Positions 29,413 to 37,977 of a DNA stretch of 40,487 nucleotides are shown here, one piece after another. The stretch's first letter is position 1. Each line of letters opens with the position of its first letter. The notes below the pieces were generated by a model. The model was not told the origin of the DNA, did not search any database, and saw only the letters and a list, made by a program, of their open reading frames with translations. The DNA is from Candidatus Omnitrophota bacterium (GTDB lineage: Bacteria > Omnitrophota > Gorgyraeia > Zapsychrales > Fredricksoniimonadaceae): the NCBI GenBank assembly GCA_015233375.1, contig JADFXW010000005.1, positions 541 through 41,027 of the forward strand, read 5' to 3'. The translations under genes were made by a program, and so were the position numbers.

Positions 29413-32400
29413 TTAGATTACTGATAAAAACCTTCGGATGTTTTGAATACGATATATTGTATCAATAACTGGAGTAAAACCTGGATAATTTTGGTAGCGT
29501 TGGATCATGGCAGCATCAAAACCTGATTGGGCTTGGGCAGCCATTCTATTGAGGTCTATCATTCTTGGGCTCAAATCTATACCACCAGGACTGGCCATGG
29601 CAGAGCTCTTTAACTTGACGCCTAACTTTCGGCTAGGTAATCTTTTATTCCCATCTATCTTTCGACCATTCAGATCAACCCATTGACCTGTCTGAGCGTC
29701 CCGTATTAAATGACATTGCTCCTCCCATTTGCGCCTATCAACATTCCACTGTAACTGATATTTTTCTACAGAAACAAATTTACCTTTCTTAGAATCCCAT
29801 CGAAAGGCACAAGTTTTCACAATAGTGGAATCATATCTCGGATATCCATAAAAAATAACCAATGGACCCCCTTCTTGAGACCTGACAAATGCTTCTGCCC
29901 TCTGTAAACCACCACCCACTTCCATATACCCATCCTTTTGTTTCCATATTTTTGTATTATCCACATCGTTTGGTAATGGCACAATGCCTCTCATATATCC
30001 TCTGTTTAAATTACTTTTTGTCAGCCATGAGTCAAATTTAATCCAACGCCCTTTTGGGTCCTTATACCCTTCTCTGAATTCTTGAGCTATCTTTTCGCAA
30101 AGCTTCTGGTCATCTGTTATCTGATATATCAATTGTTCTTTCTGTTTATCCCAGAACCATACAGATCTCATCACTTCCTTACCTTTTCTGTATTTAACAA
30201 AAGTTATCTCCATTTGACCATTATTATTAACAATACCTATTTGGCCCTCCTGCAAGTGATCACCCGCCTTCACATACATCCTTGGCATCATTTGACCATT
30301 GGGTAAGGGGAGCCCAAGAACATCTCCTTTTTCTAAATAACTCAACGGCACGAATTTGTCTAATCTGAACCATACTTGAGTTGAGCTTTGATACGCCTCC
30401 AGCATGTCCTTTTGTATCCTTGACTTCTCTTCATCTTTTGGCTGATATACTAATTGCTTTTTAGTATTGTCCCAGAACCAGACAGATCTCATCACTTCCT
30501 TACCATCCCTGTAATTAACGAAAGTCATTTCGATTTGACCATTATTATTAACAATACCCATCACACCTTCCTGTAAATTGTCACCAGCCTTCACATATGT
30601 CCTTGGCATCATTTGACCATTTGGTAATGGTATCCCAAGAACATCTCCTTTTTTTAAATAACTCAACGGCACGCGCTCATCCAACTTAAACCATTGTTGA
30701 GTAAAACCTTTGTAAGCTCTTAAAATAGCTCTTTCAATTTGGACTTGTTTTTTATCTTTTTGATATTTAAATCGTCCTGCTCTTTTAAGCCAAAGCCATT
30801 TTGATTGAGCATGCACCTTTGATCCTTTAAATCCGATGATGGTCATTTCTATCCGTCCATTCCCATTATTATCAATAACCACTTCAACATCTTCCAAGTC
30901 ACAACCTACTTGCATAGAATTAGTGGTCTTTGTTCTATACCACAAGTTGCCATTGGGAAGCGGTGTAGCCGGTTTTATAAAGCCTTGTTTTAAGGATGAC
31001 TCTCCTATCCACTGGCCTATTCTGAATCTACAACTCCCTTTCTTAAGGTAAGCATTCCTAAATTTTGTTTCAATCTCTTGGTATTGGAATTGCCCCTGGC
31101 CTTTATTCCATAACCACTGCGATAATGACGCCCTTTCTTGACCAATCAATCCATAAACCGTCATCGTGATACGCCCATTTCCAGCATTATCAATAACCAC
31201 TTCCATATCATCTAAACCTTCTCCAACCTTCATGTCCCGACTTGTTTCTTCTTTCGTCCATAATGAGCCATCAGGCAAAGGCATATCTGGCATACATCCT
31301 TTTAATAAAGAAACAGGGGAAACCCTGTCTTTGACTCTAAAAGTCCTCAACCCCACTTCTCTATAAGCTGTTTTAAATTCATCCTCAAGTGACATGGGCG
31401 TTTCTTTTTCTATAACTGTTATCTTATCAGCCTGCTGCTTATGAACAAATCTCTCAATGTTATTATCCCACCGATAAGCGCAACTATGAAATCCACCATC
31501 AAGAAAACCTAAAAAAACAATTATGGGAACACCGCCTAAATCCGTAACAATAGCTCTTGAGGGTATAAAAACATTTCCCACATCACTATAGAGTTCTTTG
31601 ATTTGCAGGGAGGTTTTATTAGGTAATGGGATTAAAATTTCTAAATCAGCTTCTACTAAATCAATAGATACTCCAGCCGCGGTTTGATATCCATTTTCAA
31701 ATAACTCGCTGATCGTTTTTATTCGCTGTTCCTTAACAGCCTCCTTTTTATCTTGGCTTGAAACAACGTCACTTTGCCCATCTTTTTCTTCAGTCGATAA
31801 GACTTCTGGCCTCGCTTGTTCCTCTTGTTCTTCAAGACCACCGCTGCGTATCTCAGGAACCTCATTTTTAATATTTTCTGATGTACCCGCCTCTTTCTGA
31901 TTTGGTGGATTCACAGGCGCATCTTGTTGTGGACTTCTTTTCTGACGTTGTTTTTCTGAATTTTTATGTTTTACACATTTAATTTGAAAATTTCCATAAT
32001 AGGTAACCTCACCGCCTCCTTTAAACTTCACGCGATAGCCTTGCCCCAAATCAGGATAATCAGGATTTTGTTCAATCACTTCAATAATCTTCCCATAACG
32101 TTGTCCAATTAAAACCTCATCTCCAGCTTCCAATTCATCATCATCACTAAATTTAACAAACCCTGGGACTGCCGTTTCTATGCTTCTCTGTGAAGATTTA
32201 AGCCTTCTCGCCTTTTTACCCTTTTTAGTCCTACCTCTCTCTAAAGTCTTGTCTGCCAAAACAACTTCTTTCTGTCTTTCAGGTATTTTGACCTGACTCT
32301 GTGCTTTCTTATCAGGCATTGGAACATGAGGGACTTGAATGTCTATATCTGGAATGGGCCTGCTATCTATCCCTTCAATAGAGAGAAGATCAAATTTTCC

Positions 32401-34308
32401 TTTTATGGGGTTCCATAACCATTGACTTTGTCCTGTTTGATGTCCATTCTTAACCCCAACAATAGTTCTTTCTATATGATGGGGATTTCTTAAAACCTCT
32501 AATAATGCCTTGAACACCTGCTTATCTTTAACAATTTCTTCAATCTTATCTTCATCAATTAATCCGGGATCAACAAAAACCTGTCCTCCAACCCTGACCA
32601 TATAACCTTGAGATATTAATTGCTCAAAAACCATAATTCCTGCAGAACGACCCTGCAAAGATCTCAAGGCATCAAAAATATCACTTGTTTCAACAACACC
32701 AGACCCTCCTATCGTATGTTCAATAATCACGTGGGCGTTCGTTAACCCTTGGCCTACCTCCATATATTCTTGACTCAAAAGTTTCCTCCCATTAGGTAAC
32801 AAACAACCAGGTTTTAAATACCCTGCCATTAAAAGATCTTTTTCAAGCCATTCGGTTAATTCTATTTTAGCAGTTCCAGGAACTGTATAGGCCAGCCTCA
32901 ACGCATTTCTTATACTTATATCTACGTTTCTTTTTATCTTATTTCTTTCTTCTTGATGTAATACTTCTTCTTGGGGTATTTCATTAGTCTCTGAAGAATC
33001 TATAGGGACTTTTATAATACCACTTCTTCTCGAACGATAAGTCATCACCACTCCATTTCTCTCAACCTCATATACCGCTAAACCAGCGAGTGGCCCTTCC
33101 TTCTCAGAAGGCAGCTCTGACTTAATCTTCCATGGCGTCCCCTGGATTAAAATCAAATCCCCAGGATTTATCGTTTGATATTGGGGACCTTGACTCTCTT
33201 GTGCTGGTGAAACCAATCTTACCTTCATGCCAAAACTTTCTTTTTCAGGCACGGCCATGGCTCCATCTTCCCTATCCAGTGTTATTTTCTCAAAACCTGA
33301 AATCCCGCCTGAAAAATATTTTCTGGGAATACGAAGACCGTTGGTTTTGTTGATATCCTCCTTGATGTAATTAAAAACACCCTTCTGATAGGCCTTAATA
33401 TAACGCTCATAAATTTGTTCCTTTATTGTCTTATCTTCAATATCAACGCCTTTTATCTTGCCCTTACCCACATAAACCTTGGCCAATAAAGTCTTTGTAA
33501 TAACATCCCTGTACCATTTTGCTAAAATGGCGGCATAATAAATTTGACGTAAATGAGAAAAATTCTTGCCCTCGTTAACCTCATGTTCGATGGCCGGTAA
33601 GATGATTTGACGAATAAGTTGGGAAGTAGAATGGTGAATATTGTTTTTGTGATGAGAAAACGCCAAATAATCCTCTTCAAGCATCACCTTCAATCGAGCT
33701 TCAGTCACATAAACAGCATGGCCTTTTTCATAAATTTTTGCTTGAGCAGGCACGATCCAAACCTTGTTAAAACAATTAAGCGGGATATCATGGGTACCAA
33801 AACGCTTTGAGGCTTCTTCATAAATCTTGTCCCAAAATTCCTTACCCAAAGCTTTTTCTGGATAAATAAGAGAGGCTGTCAATTGCTTAAGCAGATAATC
33901 CTGGGCTAACATGTCTCGTCCCAGATCCGTATTACCTAATTCATTGGGGATGACCCTGTTATGCTCATAGGGCGATAAATTGACCCATAAATCTGATGCT
34001 TTGACAGTCAGAGCAGCTAAGAAGTACCTCACCATGCGCCGGCCTTCTTCTTTTATTGTGCTTTGATACACTCGAGTGCTGCCTGAATCTAATATGAAAT
34101 CAAAATCAAATGGTTTGTCAGGGAAGGTTATCATCCCCTTTAACAGCACAGGGACAAAATCAGAAGATAGATAAACCTGACTGCCTACAGATGGCAAGGC
34201 GTTTAGAAATAGATTTTGAGCAAAGGCCTGTCTTGGACTAAGAAGCAAGGAACCGCTTAATAGGACACACAGAATCTTTCGAGCTAAAGATTTTATATGA
34301 TATTTCAT
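29413..34308 (-). CDS. Large exported modular protein, paralog 1 (conserved N-domain, ~106-aa repeat cargo, GGIDL C-module)
   Basis: Signal peptide ending AFA-Q; WVNLSPYE / GRDMLAQDYLLKQLTASL / FNKVWI / YQKGVFNYIK / YFSGG (33304-33318); GGIDL (29572-29586). Confidence 0.85.
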   Translation of the reverse strand: MKYHIKSLARKILCVLLSGSLLLSPRQAFAQNLFLNALPSVGSQVYLSSDFVPVLLKGMITFPDKPFDFDFILDSGSTRVYQSTIKEEGRRMVRYFLAALTVKASDLWVNLSPYEHNRVIPNELGNTDLGRDMLAQDYLLKQLTASLIYPEKALGKEFWDKIYEEASKRFGTHDIPLNCFNKVWIVPAQAKIYEKGHAVYVTEARLKVMLEEDYLAFSHHKNNIHHSTSQLIRQIILPAIEHEVNEGKNFSHLRQIYYAAILAKWYRDVITKTLLAKVYVGKGKIKGVDIEDKTIKEQIYERYIKAYQKGVFNYIKEDINKTNGLRIPRKYFSGGISGFEKITLDREDGAMAVPEKESFGMKVRLVSPAQESQGPQYQTINPGDLILIQGTPWKIKSELPSEKEGPLAGLAVYEVERNGVVMTYRSRRSGIIKVPIDSSETNEIPQEEVLHQEERNKIKRNVDISIRNALRLAYTVPGTAKIELTEWLEKDLLMAGYLKPGCLLPNGRKLLSQEYMEVGQGLTNAHVIIEHTIGGSGVVETSDIFDALRSLQGRSAGIMVFEQLISQGYMVRVGGQVFVDPGLIDEDKIEEIVKDKQVFKALLEVLRNPHHIERTIVGVKNGHQTGQSQWLWNPIKGKFDLLSIEGIDSRPIPDIDIQVPHVPMPDKKAQSQVKIPERQKEVVLADKTLERGRTKKGKKARRLKSSQRSIETAVPGFVKFSDDDELEAGDEVLIGQRYGKIIEVIEQNPDYPDLGQGYRVKFKGGGEVTYYGNFQIKCVKHKNSEKQRQKRSPQQDAPVNPPNQKEAGTSENIKNEVPEIRSGGLEEQEEQARPEVLSTEEKDGQSDVVSSQDKKEAVKEQRIKTISELFENGYQTAAGVSIDLVEADLEILIPLPNKTSLQIKELYSDVGNVFIPSRAIVTDLGGVPIIVFLGFLDGGFHSCAYRWDNNIERFVHKQQADKITVIEKETPMSLEDEFKTAYREVGLRTFRVKDRVSPVSLLKGCMPDMPLPDGSLWTKEETSRDMKVGEGLDDMEVVIDNAGNGRITMTVYGLIGQERASLSQWLWNKGQGQFQYQEIETKFRNAYLKKGSCRFRIGQWIGESSLKQGFIKPATPLPNGNLWYRTKTTNSMQVGCDLEDVEVVIDNNGNGRIEMTIIGFKGSKVHAQSKWLWLKRAGRFKYQKDKKQVQIERAILRAYKGFTQQWFKLDERVPLSYLKKGDVLGIPLPNGQMMPRTYVKAGDNLQEGVMGIVNNNGQIEMTFVNYRDGKEVMRSVWFWDNTKKQLVYQPKDEEKSRIQKDMLEAYQSSTQVWFRLDKFVPLSYLEKGDVLGLPLPNGQMMPRMYVKAGDHLQEGQIGIVNNNGQMEITFVKYRKGKEVMRSVWFWDKQKEQLIYQITDDQKLCEKIAQEFREGYKDPKGRWIKFDSWLTKSNLNRGYMRGIVPLPNDVDNTKIWKQKDGYMEVGGGLQRAEAFVRSQEGGPLVIFYGYPRYDSTIVKTCAFRWDSKKGKFVSVEKYQLQWNVDRRKWEEQCHLIRDAQTGQWVDLNGRKIDGNKRLPSRKLGVKLKSSAMASPGGIDLSPRMIDLNRMAAQAQSGFDAAMIQRYQNYPGFTPVIDTIYRIQNIRRFLSVI
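30121..30700 (-). repeat. Recent intragenic tandem duplication, 321-bp period
   Basis: CCAGAACCA at 30151/30472, CTGATATA at 30121/30442, CCCAAGAACATCTCCTTT at 30313/30634. Confidence 0.9.
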
Positions 34309-34374
34309 CGTATTTATTATTTTAAATCAGAATAAAGATGAGGAATTATACAACATATTAATATTTTGTATATA

Positions 34375-36969
34375 TTAATTTGTCTTATAATCAAACACAG
34401 AAACACCAAAAGTGGATGATATATCAAGAAGGCCAATATGGAGGATAATAGGCACGATTTTTTTCACGCCTTGACGCTTCATCTTCATCAATAAAGCTTT
34501 ATTAACGGAAACATGAATTTGATTATGCTGGTCTCTCTGGACTGAAAGGACCGCATCTTCTGACTTTAAGTCAATACCACCTTCTGGATTAGGCTGCCTG
34601 TCTGCTGCTTCGCTTCGCAGATAAGATGAGCCTAAAAGAAACCCATATACCTCATCCATATGATACCTATCGCCTTGATCTAAATAAAAATCTAAAGAAT
34701 GGGAAGACTTTATCAGGTCTATCACATTTATCAAAAGAGCCTTTTGCCTTTCATACTCTCTTATCTGATGATGTGCTGTTTGATACCTGATACGCTCTTC
34801 TAAACCTGTCCCAAAATTCTTATAAAGATTATAAAGAACATCCGCAAAGGATACCGACACAAAATCGCCTGACTTAAAATGAGTTAGATAATCACCCGTT
34901 TTATATTGACTATAATAATAACTGTAAACGTAAGCCATCCAATAATGCCGTACAATTGGGTCAATCGGCCTTCTTACCCACTGCTCAAACGTGTTAAAAT
35001 ATTTCCTAAAGGCAATAACAGCATTCACTCTTTCTTCAATATAATCCCTTTGATAGTAGAATGACCCTTCTCGCAGGTGTCTTGCTAAACCCCAATGTCC
35101 AGGAACATATCTATGGCGTTGATATTTCCCTAGATACCTTTCAAAAACCTTCTCATTTGATCCAAAATCATCTGGAAGAAGGTCTAAATATTCCATAATA
35201 ATATAGGCCGCTTCATCGATATATACAGGCTGTTTACTGGTTTCTTGAATAAGTTGTATCAAAGGGACAACTTCATCAACCATGGGCACTCGGCGCTGAC
35301 CTTTGCCTAAAGAATCCCTGGAAACACCTGCCTTGGTTTTTTGATTGAAATTAAAATGTTCCATGAGAGCTGTTAAAACCCTTGAGTTTCTTATCTTATT
35401 TTCTTGATTGTCTGGATCTGCGGCAATAGCAATCCCTTCAAGATCTGATATCAAACCTGATAAAGACGTCTGGTCAAAAGCTGAAATCCGCTGCAACGCA
35501 TTTTGAGCAGCCCTGATTTTCTCTAATGACTCAAAAATCCCAGAAGGGTCTAACGCCAGATAGGCAGATTGGTATTTGGATAATATAGGCTGCAATATAC
35601 TGCCCCTCTTTCTTGTTAACCGAGAAATTTTGAGGGCAATTTCGTATTCCTTTTGTTGAAAATCTCTTCTAAGACGCCTGATTTCCTCTACAATAGCTGC
35701 CTTTTTTTGGTGAATTTGTTCGCTCCATTGAATGATTTCCGGCTCAAGAGGGGTTAAGACAAGCCTTTCATAAGGCCTCTCTTTTTCTTTGACCATTTGA
35801 GGCGATGCCTGAATCTCTTCTGCGACCATACCAGGATTGGCAAAAACCTTAACAGCTAAACAACCGTCTAATTGAGGGATAACGGATGCTAACTGCGCAT
35901 TGCTTCTTAATAAAAATTCTTTCATTCCCCCATCATACCCGCCAGAAAAATATTGATGCGCTACCGGCACTTGAGTCTTTGGGTCAAACTCATCTTTGAT
36001 AAAATTAAAAACACCTTTTTGGTAGGCTTTTAAATATTGGTTATAAATAGCTTCATTGGTGGCCTTATCATTCTGATCAATCCCTTTCACCGTACTTTTA
36101 TTGGCATAGACCTGATTAAGTAAGGCTTGCTTTAAATGACGCTTAAACCAGACCGCTAATACCTGTGCATAAAAAATCTGGCGTAAGGTGGAAAAATTCT
36201 TGCCTTCATTGACTTCTTTTTCGATTTCAGGAAGAATAATTTGACGGATAATATTTGAACTCCCCCTAGCCCCCTCTTTCAAAAAAAGAGGGGGGATATT
36301 ATTGGTTTTAATGTCTTCTTGTTTAGCCAATGCAAGATAATCCTCTTCTAACATCACCTTCAAATGCCCACTGACGATAAACCCTGTTTGACCATGTTCA
36401 TACACACTTGCCTTTTGAGGGACTATCCATACTTTATTAAAGGTATTTACTGGTATTTGTGTTGACCCATATAATTCTTGAGCTTGTTTATAAATTTTGG
36501 CCCAAAATGTTTTTCCTAAAGAATTTTCAGGATACATCAAGGATGCAGTCAACTGCTTGAGCAAATAATCTTGGGCTAACAAGTCCCTGCCCATGACTGT
36601 TTGGCCCAGCGCTGTTGGTATAATCCTGTCTTTTTCATAGGGGCTTAAATTGACCCAAATATCCTTATCAGGCAGGGTTAAGGAAGCAAAAAAGTATCTG
36701 ACCATCCGTAACGCTTCCCTTTTCAATTCTTCCTTTGATGTCTTTGATTCACCAGGTGAAACAATAAAATCAAATAAAAAGGGATTGTTTTCATTAATGA
36801 TCACCCCTTTCATTAATGCAGGTTGAAACAAAGGACTTGCAGAAACCATGGTCCCTGCAACAGGTAAATCAGCAATAGACATAGCCATGCTCATAGAGCC
36901 CCCCGGCCCTGGCATAACCATGATTGATAAAATAACAAAATAAGTGAATATTCTTTTGAGTTTATTCAT
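34375..36969 (-). CDS. Exported modular protein, paralog 2 (unknown helical cargo)
   Basis: Same N-domain motifs; YFSGG (35938-35952); GGIDL (34567-34581). Confidence 0.85.
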   Translation of the reverse strand: MNKLKRIFTYFVILSIMVMPGPGGSMSMAMSIADLPVAGTMVSASPLFQPALMKGVIINENNPFLFDFIVSPGESKTSKEELKREALRMVRYFFASLTLPDKDIWVNLSPYEKDRIIPTALGQTVMGRDLLAQDYLLKQLTASLMYPENSLGKTFWAKIYKQAQELYGSTQIPVNTFNKVWIVPQKASVYEHGQTGFIVSGHLKVMLEEDYLALAKQEDIKTNNIPPLFLKEGARGSSNIIRQIILPEIEKEVNEGKNFSTLRQIFYAQVLAVWFKRHLKQALLNQVYANKSTVKGIDQNDKATNEAIYNQYLKAYQKGVFNFIKDEFDPKTQVPVAHQYFSGGYDGGMKEFLLRSNAQLASVIPQLDGCLAVKVFANPGMVAEEIQASPQMVKEKERPYERLVLTPLEPEIIQWSEQIHQKKAAIVEEIRRLRRDFQQKEYEIALKISRLTRKRGSILQPILSKYQSAYLALDPSGIFESLEKIRAAQNALQRISAFDQTSLSGLISDLEGIAIAADPDNQENKIRNSRVLTALMEHFNFNQKTKAGVSRDSLGKGQRRVPMVDEVVPLIQLIQETSKQPVYIDEAAYIIMEYLDLLPDDFGSNEKVFERYLGKYQRHRYVPGHWGLARHLREGSFYYQRDYIEERVNAVIAFRKYFNTFEQWVRRPIDPIVRHYWMAYVYSYYYSQYKTGDYLTHFKSGDFVSVSFADVLYNLYKNFGTGLEERIRYQTAHHQIREYERQKALLINVIDLIKSSHSLDFYLDQGDRYHMDEVYGFLLGSSYLRSEAADRQPNPEGGIDLKSEDAVLSVQRDQHNQIHVSVNKALLMKMKRQGVKKIVPIILHIGLLDISSTFGVSVFDYKTN
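36257..36295. repeat. Family A palindrome in frame within paralog 2
   Basis: GAACTCCCCCTAGCCCCCTCTTTCAAAAAAAGAGGGGGG, read on the minus strand as PPLFLKEGARGSS. Confidence 0.9.
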
Positions 36970-36978
36970 AATTGAGCT

Positions 36979-37977
36979 TTAACTTGTTTGCAGTCCTAAA
37001 ATTGGCAGAATGCTTAAAAGAGGTATAATACGAATAATATTCGCTACTACACCTGAAAATTTTCCACGTTGAAATTCAGCAATCATCGCAGGGTTAAATT
37101 TTATTTTAACACCTTGACCAACCCTCTCAATATCCAGCCCCGCCTTCTTAACCTTAAGGTCAATACCGCCAGGCACAAAATTCTCTTCTAAATGCCGAGC
37201 CTTTCCTATGTCACTTATATTCATGGCAAAATCTTGGGACCATTCAAGCTCAATTTTCAACTGATTCTTATCGAAACCTGCTAACCGAATAACATCATCT
37301 TCATCCATCATCAGAAGCCTCTTTACCACGTTCATTTCTTTTTCACCCGTATCTTCGCCTGTTTCTTGACTTAAAAGGACTTCTTTAGCCTTATTAAAGA
37401 CGGGTTTAATACGTTTGGAAACATCGACAATCTCATCCACCTTGGGGAATAAAACAGATCCAGATTTATCCCGATAACCATTTAACCGTGCCACATATTG
37501 CTGTTGAATAGACAAATCCCCTGGATTCATGACTTTTTCCATAAGCCGTTCGGTTGCATTGATAACAAAATCATCAAAATCTTCTATCCTCAATTGTTGA
37601 ATCTTCAAAAGACCGTCATCACCAAAAACAAAGTTTACAAATTCCTCCATCCCTTCAAAAGATTCAACCAGGCGTTTATCCTTATACATTAACTTATAAG
37701 CCAAAACAAAATCTTCGACATACCCCAACATTTTATCCGCATTAAAGAATAATCTTGCTTCTGGTGATTGAATTTCATCAAATGTCTTTAAAAGAAGATG
37801 ATTAATATCCCTGGAAATATCATGATCAATAGCCAAGTTATTCTGATTGTATACAATTTCCTGGGCTGCTGCCTGATTATACCGTGTCACCACACGTGAT
37901 CCAACCTGCATCTGGGCTGCGATTACGGGATTGGCTGAAAAATATTCACCTATCCCGGCCTTCCACAAAATGAACAA
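36979..37977 (-). CDS. C-terminal part of paralog 3 (frameshifted), carrying the GGIDL module
   Basis: No convincing start; overlaps the upstream ORF by 32 nt in another frame; GGIDL at 37156-37170. Confidence 0.75.
   Translation of the reverse strand: MFILWKAGIGEYFSANPVIAAQMQVGSRVVTRYNQAAAQEIVYNQNNLAIDHDISRDINHLLLKTFDEIQSPEARLFFNADKMLGYVEDFVLAYKLMYKDKRLVESFEGMEEFVNFVFGDDGLLKIQQLRIEDFDDFVINATERLMEKVMNPGDLSIQQQYVARLNGYRDKSGSVLFPKVDEIVDVSKRIKPVFNKAKEVLLSQETGEDTGEKEMNVVKRLLMMDEDDVIRLAGFDKNQLKIELEWSQDFAMNISDIGKARHLEENFVPGGIDLKVKKAGLDIERVGQGVKIKFNPAMIAEFQRGKFSGVVANIIRIIPLLSILPILGLQTS

Noticed and set aside
37946-37948. TGA read-through (selenocysteine or alternative code) in paralog 3
   Set aside because: The continuation is in a different frame, and TGA serves as an ordinary stop in other genes here.
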